A DNA stretch of 64,000 nucleotides from the human T2T-CHM13v2.0 reference genome, Homo sapiens, in assembly GCF_009914755.1 (NCBI RefSeq), contig NC_060933.1. One strand, given 5' to 3'. The notes beneath the pieces were generated by a model. The model had not been told where the DNA came from. It made no database searches and worked only from the letters and a program-made list of their open reading frames with translations. Positions 38,831-60,858 of the stretch are shown one piece after another. Every line of letters begins with the position of its first letter. Within the stretch, counting starts at the first letter, position 1. The position numbers and the translations under genes are program-made.

Positions 38831-39300
38831 CTATTCTCTCCACTGTCTTTCAATGTTTCTATTTTATTGTCACTTGATCAGTTTGCTTTCTCCATCAAGA
38901 ATATGACATCAGGAAAATAGTACAAATGTTGGAACTTCACAAACCTGATTTTAATCCTGCCCTGCCCACTAGCTGTATAAGTTGAAATGTCACTTAACTC
39001 TGCTAAGTCTTGGTTTCTACACCTTTGAACAGTTACTACTTCCTACTTTGAAAAGATGTGCCATTCAATGAGTCAATGTGTTCATTCTTAAATGTTTATT
39101 CATCTTTTGCCAAGTGCCAAGCACAGTGTGGGCACTAGACCAATAAAAACACTTCTGTGTGTTCCAGGTACTTTATATTAATTGACTCATGTTACTATCA
39201 GCATTTCACAGATGAGGAAACTGAGGCATGGAGGGATTCAGCATCTTGCTTCCAAAGGTAGTATCAGGCTGTGCCTAGAGACCAAGCCCTTACTCTATGC

Positions 39301-39825
39301 CAGTGGTCCCCAACCTTTTTGGCACCAGGGAACGGTTTCCTGGAAAACAATTTTTCCACAGACTGGGGTTGGGTGGGGGGAGTTTCAGGATGATTCAAGC
39401 GCATTGCATTTATCGTACACTTTATTTCTATTATTATTACATTGCAATACATAACAATTATACAACTCACCAAAATGTAGAATCAGTGGGAGCCCTGAGC
39501 TTGTTTTCCTACAACTAGACGGTCCCATCTGAGGGTGACGGGGAACAGTGACAGATCGGCAGGTGCTGGATTCTCATAAGCAGCGGACAACCTACATCCC
39601 TCGCGTGGGCAGTTCACAATAGGGTTCGCACTCCTATGAGAATCTAATGCCACCGCTGATCTAACAGGAGGTGGGGCTCAGGCAGTAACGGAAGCAATGG
39701 GAAGCGGCTGTAAAAACAGATGAAGCTTAGCTTGCTGGCCCGCCGCTCACTTCCTGCTGTGCAGCCTGGTTCCTAACAGGCCACAGAACGATACTGATCT
39801 GTGGCCCAGGGGTTGGGGACCGCTG
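39301..39825 (-). mobile_element. Full-length MER1A hAT-Charlie element
   Basis: TIRs cagtggtccccaacc / ggttggggaccgctg; perfect 8-bp TSD ctctatgc (39293-39300 and 39826-39833). Confidence 0.9.
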
Positions 39826-40104
39826 CTCTATGCCATACATGAGGAAGAAAACAAAGTCCGTGCCTTCCTGAGACTTTCATTCCAAACGTGAAATCTGGAA
39901 GACTCTGGGACAGTTTGTGATAGACAAATGGTTCCTCTTTCCTTCCCCCAATTCCATGGCTAAAAGGGAGAATCACAAAATAAAACAGGAGAGAGGCAAT
40001 CTGAGAGCTACCCCATTTCAACTCCCTCCCTCTTTTAATAAGGAAACCAAGAGCAGTGAGCACTTGTTCTGTCACAGGTGCACTCACTCACCTTAATCCA
40101 TAGG

Positions 40105-40305
40105 TCAGTGACTCTCAAACTTGAACAAGCTTCAGAATCACCTACAGGGCTCATGAAAATAGTTTGCCTAGTCATTCCCAGAATTCCTGATTCAGGAGGT
40201 CTAGGGTGAAGCCCGAGAATTTGCATTTCTGACAAGTTCCCAGGTGATGCTGAGGCCGCCACTGCTGCTGGTGCTGCCCCAGCTACCACACATGAGAACC
40301 ACCGT
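40105..40305. mobile_element. MER5A
   Basis: cagtgactctcaaactt...tcagaatcacct...ttgcatttctgacaagttcccaggtgatgctga...gagaaccac. Confidence 0.8.
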
Positions 40306-40501
40306 CACAGAACAACTCCACAAAACAGGTTATTTTTGTTCCCATTTTACAGATGAGGAAACTGAGCATCAGGAAAGGTAGGTTTCTTACCAGAAAGAAG
40401 CTACACCACTAGACTGCCAGACAGGATTTGAACCCAGATCTGCCTGACTCTAAAGCCCATGCTGCTTCCACGACACCAAAGTTAAGAGATCTAACATTCT
40501 C

Positions 40502-41652
<1,151 letters not shown>

Positions 41653-42662
41653 AAGAGACTGGTTAAATAAATTATTATATATCCAAATGATGAAATATTA
41701 TGAAGCCACTGAAAATTATTTATTTAGAATGTTTGAAACATCAAAGTATTTATGATACAACACTAAATAAGGAAGAGCACAGAACTAAATTCAGTAAGTA
41801 CTCAATGTTTATAAAAATATTGAAAAAAGACTGAAAGGAAATAAGCTAGACTAACAATACTTCCCTGCTTCTAATAATTTTCAATACATTCCACCCTTTC
41901 TACTACAACGAGCTTTCTTAGTCAAAAAAAAAAAAAATGCACTCTGTTTGTTGACTAAATACTTTCAAGACTCTTTTACAGTTAGTCAATTCCTGAAAAG
42001 CCAGGAAAATCAAAATTGTGAATTTTAAGGCTAATATTTAATTCCAGATTACATTTCCCCTGACCCTAGAATATACATTTTTAAAGTTAAAAAAAGGAAA
42101 AAAACGCAAATGATAATTATTATAAATACATAGAAAAAAAGGCTATAAAAATGACTAGAAATATGACAAAAGGGATTAATTTTGGTTGGTGGAATTATAT
42201 GGCTTTTAAGTCTTAACAGTGTTTATTACATTTTCTACAATGAACATCTATCACTTTTGTAATTTAAAAAAAGTATTTGCTATCTTTCTTTTTAAGAGAC
42301 AACCATCAAGCAAATTATATCACATCTATACGATGGAATATTAATAGACATTTTTAAAAAGTTGTAGAATATTTAATAATATAAAAAAAGGTCTGATATA
42401 TTATTAGCTGACCATACTATAGAACAGTATGTTCAGAATGATCCCATCGTTTTGTTTAAAAACAAACAAAATATCCATGTATACACAGAAAACACCTTGG
42501 CAGGAAACAGACCAAAATATTAATAGTGTTTTATTCTAGGTAGTAGGATTAGAGATTATTTTAATTTTCTTATTTTTGCTTCTGTTTTGGTCAGTTTTCC
42601 TCTACTGAATATGAATTACTTTTCCAATATGAAAAAAAAAAAAAGTTTTAAAAAAAATCTAG

Positions 42663-42714
42663 GTTAAACAAAAAGTTACCTTGTTAAACAAAAAGTTACC
42701 TTGTTAAACAAAAA
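42663..42714. repeat. 20-bp tandem repeat, 2.6 copies, in the PDCL 3' region
   Basis: gttaaacaaaaagttacctt repeated exactly. Confidence 0.95.
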
Positions 42715-43436
42715 AGAGACAAAGACAAGCAGGGGCATCTTACTGAAAGAACTTCCTTTACAAAGATTTCCAGCCCCACTCCAGCTCTAATGTTTAAATC
42801 CATAAACTACTTGTCTTCTAACATCACCAGGTCAGTAAGCATCAACCCTTCCTGCTGTTCCAGACTTAGTCATGCTGGAGGAAGACATGAAATCCAGCAG
42901 CAGAGGCCACCCCTCAGGACTGGGTGCGGTGGCTCACCCCTTTAAACAAGACCCTGGTGGGGAAAAAAAAAATCTAACCACCGTCTAAAGCTATGGAACT
43001 GATTACAAGTAAATATAATTTACAATCATTTGATTAAGAAAATGCACTATTTACGTTGCAAATAACACAATACCTACAGAATTATACTCTCAGACTTGGC
43101 AGAGACCTCTAAGATCATCTGAAGACAATTTCCAAGACCCTGTCTTTAGGATGCTTTGTAAATATTGACTGGAAACAATAACAGAGATGTCACACCACAG
43201 AATCTTAAGTAAACAGTTCAAAAGCCTGGCTTCCTGTTTATACAACTGTAAGTCACCTTATTGCTAGCTACAAGGTTATTCAGCATTCTGATTTAATCTA
43301 AGAATTTCTTTATTTTATGCATAATAAAAGGGACTACAAAGAACAGCTGAAAAGCCAGAAGACAAAGGAACAAAAATAAACAATGACGTGTATTCCAACC
43401 CAAACAATGAGAAATCTATGCAACTAGACTATCAGT

Positions 43437-43988
43437 TCAATCTATTTCCAGGTCGCTATCCTCACTGTGACACGTGGCAGAGTTACGCACAGATGTCAGC
43501 ACCAAGACTTCCTTTTCTGGGAGTAATCCAAATTCCTGGAGAAAAGCTTCAAGGTCCACAGCAAAGAAATCATCCCCCAGCTGGTCAGTAACACGAACAA
43601 AATTGCCGATCAATTCACCCCCCTTATAGATCAGCAGGGCAGGAAGGGCATTCCTGGTGAACTGACTGCTGGCGCCAATAACTGAGCTCTTCACCTTGCA
43701 GAACTTGACAGCTGGGTACTCTGCGGCAAGGCAGATCATGCAACCATTCATGGCTTCGGTCCCTGGAATGCCATCCTCATAAATATGAACCATGATGACA
43801 ATGCTTTTCTGTTCTTTATCAATCATGTCTAAAAACCCTTCTCCACTGGAGATCTCAAAAACCTGCTTGAATTGGGGCCCCTTGTGAAGCTGCTGCCGCA
43901 TCTCTTCCATTCGCTGCTTCCGGTACTGCTGCAGAAACTCTTCATCATCTTGGTCCTCATTCATTATGGCAAACTCCTTCAGAGTCAT
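43437..43988 (-). CDS. PDCL: PDCL exon 4 coding part (thioredoxin-like C-terminal domain, stop codon)
   Basis: MTLKEFAIMNEDQDDEEFLQQYRKQRMEEMRQQL...LPALLIYKGGELIGNFV...EDSDLEID*; acceptor ctgcag at 43989-43990. Confidence 0.97.
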   Translation of the reverse strand: MTLKEFAIMNEDQDDEEFLQQYRKQRMEEMRQQLHKGPQFKQVFEISSGEGFLDMIDKEQKSIVIMVHIYEDGIPGTEAMNGCMICLAAEYPAVKFCKVKSSVIGASSQFTRNALPALLIYKGGELIGNFVRVTDQLGDDFFAVDLEAFLQEFGLLPEKEVLVLTSVRNSATCHSEDSDLEID

Positions 43989-44053
43989 CTGCAGGCGGAC
44001 CAGCAAGTGAGCATAAATATGAAAACTGAACACTCGTGATAACAGTTAATATG

Positions 44054-44375
<322 letters not shown>

Positions 44376-46367
44376 TTAACATGTACTACATGCTGATAAT
44401 ATATAAGGCACCATGCTAAGTACTTTACATGCATTATATCTCACTGAATTCCATAACTCCATCGGGAAGGGACTTTTAATAGCCCCACTTTATAAATGAG
44501 GTTCCAAAACTTGACATTATTTGAACAAGTTCACCCAGTAAGCATAAGACCAGTACTCAAACTAGATTTTAAAAACCCATGTTTTTAACTACAATATCAC
44601 ATTTCCTCTCAATCCAAATAGGCAGCATCATATAATCTCACTTCATGAGCTTATTTCTTTTTGTCAGTCTTGACAATATTTTATCTACTTTTTTTTTGAA
44701 AGATAACAAGACATTACAGAATTTTAGAAAAAACTCTCATAACCCCTGCCCCACACCATCCCCAAACACACACACACACACAGAGTCATATGGACTCTAA
44801 AAATTATTTTTATTACCAGTCATACTAAAATAGTTTTGCTTTTATAGCAGCAGCTGTGGGTGTACCAATTAAGCCATAACCTGCTTTCGAGACTTAGCAC
44901 GATTATAAGTATTTCCTCATGTTTCCAAATATTTTTATGAAATTATATATAATGTGTCACTTTGCTTAATCACTTCCCTAATTCTGCCAGACAGTTTCCA
45001 ATTCTGTTCTATTGCAGATAAATCAGCAGGACGGGAACAGCCTCTCACAAGACTGATCCATGTGATGATATGATGTTGCCTCATTCTGGCCTCTCACCTC
45101 AGTATCAGGAAGCAGCTGTGAGCAGCAGGCACAATGCCCAAGAGACAGCTTAAGCTACGAAAGCATCTTACCCCTGCCCCGGTGCAGCAAGACATCCTCG
45201 CTCCTCTCATAAAACCTAACTCTGCCTAATGTTGCATAGATTAGGGAACAGGGAGTGGGAGATCACACTAGATCAGAACACGTTGTTACTTTATCATAAC
45301 CAGCAACATTCTGAGTTCACTATTTTACTTATTGCCAATTTTCCTCCCATCTTGCAGCCCTCCACTTCAACTCAGTCTACCAGAGTGGCTTCTTCTGACC
45401 TATTGAAGTCTTTGGCTAAGTGTAATGTCCTAAAATCAGCCTCCTGGTCAAGGTGAATGATTCCCAGCTTAATCCTCTTATCTGCTCCCTGATCCTGTGT
45501 GGTATTTTAGCTTTGGGCCATAACTAAATGATCTCAGGCACTCACAGACATTCGTCCACACTCAGAGGGCATCCAGAGAAACAGTGAATCCCTTTTAATA
45601 CTGATAGGATAAGAGGCCATCACGGGCCGGGCACCACGGCTCACGCCTGTAATCCTAGCACTTTGGGAGGCTATGGTGGGAGGGTCCCTTGACCTCAGGA
45701 GTTCCGAGACCAGCCTGGGCAACATAGACCCTGTCTCTATTAAAAAAAAAAAAAAAAAGGCCATCAGGTGCCTACTTCCAAATATCTTCCAGAGTATCTG
45801 TTTGCTTATTATAATGCCTCCTTAGAATAAATTCTCATGAATAGGCTTCAGATGAAATAGCAACATCATGGAAGAAACAGGAGTATTTGGGTTAGAACCC
45901 TAGCGCCTACTAGAATTTACCAGTTGCATTGCCCTGAACAAGCCTCTAATGCCCTCTAAGCATTGCTTCCATTATCTGTAAGAAGGGGATAATACCACCA
46001 CCCTAAGAGGGTTATTTCTGGCCCAAGATAAAACCTCAATAAAAGAAGGGAAACTAAAATTTACTGAGCACTTTCAATGGGCCAGACACTGTGATGGGCA
46101 TATTAACAACACAGCCCTGCACGGGGAGGATACATCATTTAACCATTGAAACACCAGATTCAGAAGGGAAGAGACTCTCCCACAGTCACTAGTAGCAGAA
46201 CTGAGATCCAAAGCTGGGTGGGTTTGAGTTTTGACAGGGCTCTATGATTTCTCCTGCACTGCACAACTTCTTGGAGGTCAAATCAAGCATCCTCCACCTC
46301 TTGAATCACTCACCCAGCTCTAGCAGCCACAGCAGACTCTAAGAAAAGCCTGAGTACTGCTAATTAC

Positions 46368-46549
46368 CTTCCCACTGATCTTCTCCTGGAGGTCTTTCTG
46401 TTTCTGTTGCTCCTCCTCTTCATCCAGATGGGACCTGCAAGTCATTGACAGCTTCTTGATCAGCCTTTCCATCTCCCGGCACTGCTCCTCCCTCTGCTCT
46501 GTCTCCAACTGCTTGAAGCGGCGCCAGTCATTGATCACACCTTTTGGGC
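46368..46549 (-). CDS. PDCL: PDCL exon 3 (182 nt; G-beta-gamma-binding helix GPKGVINDWRRFK)
   Basis: AG acceptor at 46550-46551, GT donor at 46366-46367; phases match exons 2 and 4 (172+182+552=906 nt = 301 aa + stop). Confidence 0.97.
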
Positions 46550-47065
46550 CTGAGTAGGGTGAACACGGATGTGACCAAGGAGAATGGGCAGGGAATTATG
46601 GACCAGCTGACATCTGTAGGTAGGAGTTCACATCTGCCTGAAGCTTGCTCCATCTACTGCACAATTATCATAGGGACTCTGTGTACTCTGCCACAGGGCA
46701 GAGTGGCCTATACACAATGATGTACCCTGCAACAAGGGCCAAGCTAATGCCCAACATTAGGAGATGAGTTTAAAAAATTATCATCTACCTACTCAAAGGA
46801 AAATAAAGCAACTCTTAGAGTAAAGCAGCTCTGTGTTTCCTGCCATTAAAGATATTCCAAATATATGAGGTTATTACAAAAGCAAAATTTAGAATATCAC
46901 GGTACAATCCTCTAGTTTCTATTAAAAAAGACCTGTATGTATATACATAATTTATGTACATAGATATGCATACATGTTTGTATATACACTTGTGTGTTTA
47001 TAGAATAAGAGCTTGCAGGATATGTAAGCTGTTAACAGTGGTTGTCTCCAGGTAGTAGGATCTAA

Positions 47066-49476
<2,411 letters not shown>

Positions 49477-49967
49477 GGTGGTGGGGGCGGAAATAAACCT
49501 ACAATGAATTACTACAATAGCAAAGATCAAGGAGTTTCATAACACAGTAGGAGGTCAAGTGTACGGAGAAACACAGATTGCTGATTAAACTATAAACTAC
49601 TGCCACCTCAACTCAACTGACAGCAATTTGACAATATTAAAATGTACAAGTGTAAATATGCCATTTTTAGGAATTTGCACTACCCATATACTCATACTTG
49701 TGATTTATGAGATATCAAACTGTTAATACGAGATGCAGGATTCAAATCCAGGCCAGTCTGTGTTCATTACCATGCTGCTATGCACATACATTTGTATTGT
49801 GCACTAAAAGGCTAGAAGCACACATAATGAAAAGACTAGGTTACCTCTGAAAGTGGGACCAGAGTTAAAAGTGATCAGGAGAATTAATTTATTAATATGT
49901 ATTTAATTAATATGTATTTAATGTACATTTTTTAAGCCTGTTCCCAGAGCCCAGGGTTTCTCAGTAC

Positions 49968-50139
49968 CTGTGTTAACTGAGATGCCTTCGCCTGCCAGCT
50001 CAGCCTCTGCAGGCACAGAACTGCTGGCTGGGGCACATCTGCCTCGGTCCTTGTCCTCGTGGTCACTGTCCTCATCCTCACTGCTGCTATAGTAGTACTG
50101 CAGTTTCTCCCCCAGCAACTTATCATCAAGGGTGGTCAT
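49968..50139 (-). CDS. PDCL: PDCL exon 2 coding part (exon 49968-50144; start codon; acidic serine cluster YYYSSSEDEDSD)
   Basis: ttttccag|acaccATG ACC ACC gives MTTLDDKLLGEKLQYYYSSSEDEDSD; donor GT at 49966-49967. Confidence 0.97.
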
Positions 50140-50791
50140 GGTGTCTGGAAAAAGAAAGCATATCAGGTTCTTTGCTGATTTGAGCCAGACAGACATGAAT
50201 CTGAAGCATAGGGGGCTCGCCTGTGCTGAGATCCTACAATTTCCAGGACACTAAAGTGATTATTTTCATAACCAAAATCTTAACAAATCCCTACCGTTAC
50301 CCTGTGTGTTAGGGCTTATCACACTCTTTAACAGAAGGTAAAACTGAAGCTCAGATAAAGGAAGAGTCTTCACCAAGCTTAACAGCGAATGACGGAGCTG
50401 GGACCAGACCCCAGGGATTCCTGACTCCAAGAGCCTGAGGTATAAATTACTCTAGTCTGAGTTAAGTGTACAAGCCACCTGCACTGGCTTGGAGGAATCT
50501 ACTGACTAGTGGTTTTATCTGTGCTTTTAGTTTTCCCACCAGCTAAGACTGCTGCCTAATTGAAAAATTGTTTAAGTATCCTCAGGAAAAACCCCAAAAA
50601 GAGGCATCAAGAGTACAATGCTGAGTCACTATTTGTCTAGGCAATCACTCTCTGTCACCAGCCTTCAACTTCCCAGACAACACCCTGAGGGCTTGGATGG
50701 ATGGTCTCTGAAACGCTACCTATTCTGACAGTTTAAAAGAAGGGCCCATACAAAGATTTTAATAACTCCCAAGGGTTTAAAGGACTATGAT

Positions 50792-51100
<309 letters not shown>

Positions 51101-51479
51101 AAAAATATAAAGGACCAGGCTTCTGCATCAGAAGTAGCCAAGGGCATTCTGATGAAAAGATGCAGCTTAGCCCCCAGAGGCCTGCTTGAGAATTCAGCAG
51201 GAATGCGGCTGCCTTAAAGACTTATCACCGGGCCTATCATACTCCATTTACAAAGTGACTCTCTCCCACCGGGCAAGGAGTTCTTGAACGTAGGGACCTC
51301 TAGTCACTACCTCTATCCCCAAAGCCCAGCACAATGCCGCTGCACAATTTGCTAAACTCGCAGCCTGGGTCAACGGGAGAATCGGAGGACTCCAGCAGTC
51401 AGATGCAAAGGAGACAGGGATCATGGAGAGACAGGTGGAGGTGCCAAGAAGGAACAAAACCAAACTTAAGGCCCAGGAA

Positions 51480-52050
51480 TGGGCCAAGCGGGGGACACAG
51501 CAGCGGCGGAGGGGAGGGAAGGAGTTGCGCTCCTAAAGGAGGGACCGCTGCGGGGAGGAGACGAGGGCGGGCCCCCTGGAGACGCGAGCAGAGGAGGCGG
51601 GGCCCCCGGACGGGAAGCAGAGGGGTGTGTGGAGCTTTTGGGGGAAGGCTGGAAGGGCCCGGGGGAGGTGGGGCCAGAGGAGGAAAGGGGACGAGGAAGA
51701 CGCGGAGAACTTGGGGGTCGAGACAGAGCGAAGAAGGGGCAGTTTTACCCAAGCTCGCCAACCCCACTCCCTCCCGTAGTCCGCAGCTGCTGCCGCTTCC
51801 CGGTGGACCCCAATGCAGTTACCTGCCCTAGCTCGCTCCGGATCCCTTTGGGCCAGCAGCTCCGGGCGCCGGAAGGAATGGAGCACTTTCTTAAGAGGAA
51901 GAGCAGTGGGTCAGCGCCCTGAGCGCTAAAGAGAAAAGCCGCCGAAGCCCGACAGCGCGGACCAATGAGGCGGCCTTCCTGCGTCGTGGCGGACGCGCAT
52001 TGTCCAATCAGAAGCCGCTACTCCCAGCTGAGGGGCAGGGGAGAAGCTAC
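51480..52050 (-). promoter_or_regulatory. PDCL: CpG-island promoter of PDCL with two CCAAT boxes and an ETS motif
   Basis: High GC and CpG density; CCAAT at 51962-51966 and 52004-52008; CCGGAAG at 51869-51875. Confidence 0.85.
51823..51945 (-). other. PDCL: PDCL non-coding exon 1 (5' end approximate)
   Basis: Donor cag|GTAACT at 51822-51817 inside the CpG island; exon 2 has only 5 nt before the ATG, so an upstream exon is required. Confidence 0.8.
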
Positions 52051-52179
52051 GGGTCCTACCTTGGAACAAAACACCTCGACAACAACGCTCTCCTAATTGC
52101 TTTGTTTTGGTTTTAATCTGCACAACAAAAAAGTGAATTGTATGACCCAGCGTCAAGCAATAAGAAAAATGTATTCACA

Positions 52180-58130
<5,951 letters not shown>

Positions 58131-58189
58131 GGAATACCATTAAATTTTAAGAGACCTTATAATAATAGAATATAACCTTTACTTTGTTA

Positions 58190-58570
58190 ATATGGTCAAG
58201 TACATAGATTGATTTTCAAATGCTAAAGCAACCTTGCATTCCTGAAATAAACACTATTTGGACTTGATGTATTATACCTGATATACATAGCTAGATTTAC
58301 TAACATTTTAAGGATTTTTGCATCTATGTTCATGAGAGATATTAACCTACGATTTTCTTTTTTTGTAATGTACTGTGTGGTTATGTTTATCTAATAAAAC
58401 TAGTTGTAAGTTCCCTCTTCCACTTTCTGAAGTAGCTTCTGTAAAATTGGCATTATTTCTCCTTAAATATTTATTAATAATAGAATAAACCTGTGAAGCG
58501 ATCTGGGCCTGGAGTTTTCTTTGTGGGAAGGTTTTTCATAATTAATTCAATTTCTTTGGTAGTTATAGGG
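58190..58570 (-). mobile_element. Old L1 ORF2 remnant
   Basis: Minus-strand translation PITTKEIELIMKNLPTKKTPGPDRFTGLFY matches the L1 ORF2p motif NLPTKKSPGPDGFTGEFY. Confidence 0.85.
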
Positions 58571-58571
58571 C

Positions 58572-59565
58572 TATGGCAGGCAGCTTCTAAAATCGCTCCT
58601 AGGCTAATGATCAATTTATTGCCCCTCTGCTCCCAATTCGCCCTTGAATATATGCTCTTCAATAATGGATAGAATTCAGTGAAGCATTTCTCCTTTGCAG
58701 TGAGCACAGTGATGAGCTTTCTCAGTAGAGGGCACTGGAGGGGCATTGCAGGAGGAGGGGCTCTCCTACTGTTTCCCACAGTTTCGTGGTAGGTCAGTGA
58801 TGTGGATGTAATGACATCCAGGGGAGCTCTTTCCCAGCCATGTGTCCAGCACATATGGTCCCTTGGTGACATTGCAACCTCAGTCTAGACCAGCAACAAT
58901 TTTCCTGTGGCCCTCTCAATGCGAAAATTAGCTTTCTGAAGGCTTCCTTCCTGTCGCCTACCAGTTTCCTGTCCCCCACCAGCCAACTCTCTCTGCAGGC
59001 TCCTGTGTACCTCTCCTGCTGCCTGGAGAGTAGCTTTCTGTCTGCCAGTGACTAGTTCCAGCCTGGGCCAACTAGCGGACCTCTGGGCTGAACTATACCT
59101 TCTCCGAGGTGTGACCCTCAGCCTTGAGAAGTGGACCCCTTTCCAAGTTTGTGTTTCCTTAGGTACTCTCCCTAACCTATAGAGTACTATGTGGAATTTA
59201 CTTTTAGCTGGTAGTCATTTATTAGCATTTAATGATTCTTTATATTAAGCTTTACCCCATATAACGTACTGTGTAGTTTCTACCTCCTGATTGGACACAG
59301 ACTGATACTACTCCCAAAGTTCCCCGCCTCTTGGTATTCATGCCCTGTGTAATCCCTTTCCCTTGCTTCTAAGGATTAGAATACCACAAAAGTAATGGGA
59401 TGTTGCTTCCAAAATTTGGTTATAAAAGACTGTGACGTCTTTTTAGCACACACTCTCTCTCTCTCACTCTCTGTTGCCTGTATTGCTTGCTGCTTGGATG
59501 AGCCACTCTACCATATTGTGAGCTGCACTACAGAGAAGCTCATGTGGCCAGAAACTAACAGTAGC
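58572..59565 (+). mobile_element. MLT1-type LTR (58572-58600 plus 59310-59565) interrupted by an ERVL-like LTR (MER74/MER54-like, ~58601-59309)
   Basis: MLT1 start tatggcaggcagcttctaaaat resumes as ctcccaaagttccccgcctcttggtattcatgccctgtgtaatccc; insert ends cctcctgattggacacagactgatac; flanks ctcct / ctccc. Confidence 0.6.
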
Positions 59566-59628
59566 TGTATTAGTCCTTTCTTGTGATGCTATAAAGAAAT
59601 AACTGAGATGGCCGGGCGCGGTGGCTCA

Positions 59629-60056
<428 letters not shown>

Positions 60057-60651
60057 TTACAATCATGACAGAAAGCAAAGAGGCGCCAGCATATCACGTG
60101 GTGAGAGCAGAAGCAAGGTGGGGGTAGGGGAGGTGTCACCCTCTTTTAAACAACCAGATCTAGCATGAACTGAGCAAGAACTCATCACCAAGGGGATGGC
60201 ACTAAGCCATTTATGAGGGATCCATCCCCATGATCCAATACGTCCCACTAGGCCCCACGTCCAACACGAGGTCACATTTCAACATGAGATTTGGAGGGGA
60301 CAAATATCCAAATCATATCATTCCTCCCCTGGCACCCATCCCCCACATCTCATGTCCTCCTCACGTTGCAAAATACAATAATCCCTTCTCGTTAATCCCC
60401 CAAAGTCTTAACTCATTCCAACATCAAATCAAAAGTCCTAAGTCTTCTCTGAGACTCACTTTCTTTCACCTATGAACCTGTAAAATCAAAACCAGTTATT
60501 TACTTCCAATAAACAACGGTAGTACAGGCATTGGGTAAACATTCCCATTCCAAAAGGGAGAAACTGACCGAAATAAAGGGGCTACAGGCCCTATGCAAGT
60601 CTGAAACTCAGCAGGGCAGATATTAAATCTTACAATTCCAAAATAATCCTT

Positions 60652-60850
60652 GAGACTGGGCAACATCGTGAAACCTGTCTCTACAGAAAATTAAAAAAAC
60701 AAAATTAGCCAGGCATGGTGGTGTGCACCTGTAGTCCCAGCTACTCAGGAGGCTGAGGTGGGAGAATCACTTTAGCCCCAGAGGTCAAGGCTGCAGTGAG
60801 CCATGATTGCGCCACTGCTCTGGGCAACAGAGTGAGACCCTGTCTAAAAC
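60652..60850 (+). mobile_element. 5'-truncated AluJ
   Basis: ctgggcaacatcgtgaaacctgtctctacag...ggtcaaggctgcagtgagccatgattgcgccactg. Confidence 0.85.
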
Positions 60851-60858
60851 ACACATAC

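Noticed and set aside
42663-42714. Direct repeats as a CRISPR-like array
   Set aside because: No spacers, only 2.6 units, and eukaryotic context
43989-44033. Upstream extension of the 198-aa ORF as a standalone gene
   Set aside because: Intronic sequence ahead of the PDCL exon 4 acceptor
51334-51922. Overlapping 117-165 aa ORFs in the CpG island
   Set aside because: GC-rich DNA is poor in stop codons; low-complexity Gly/Arg/Pro translations without coding evidence
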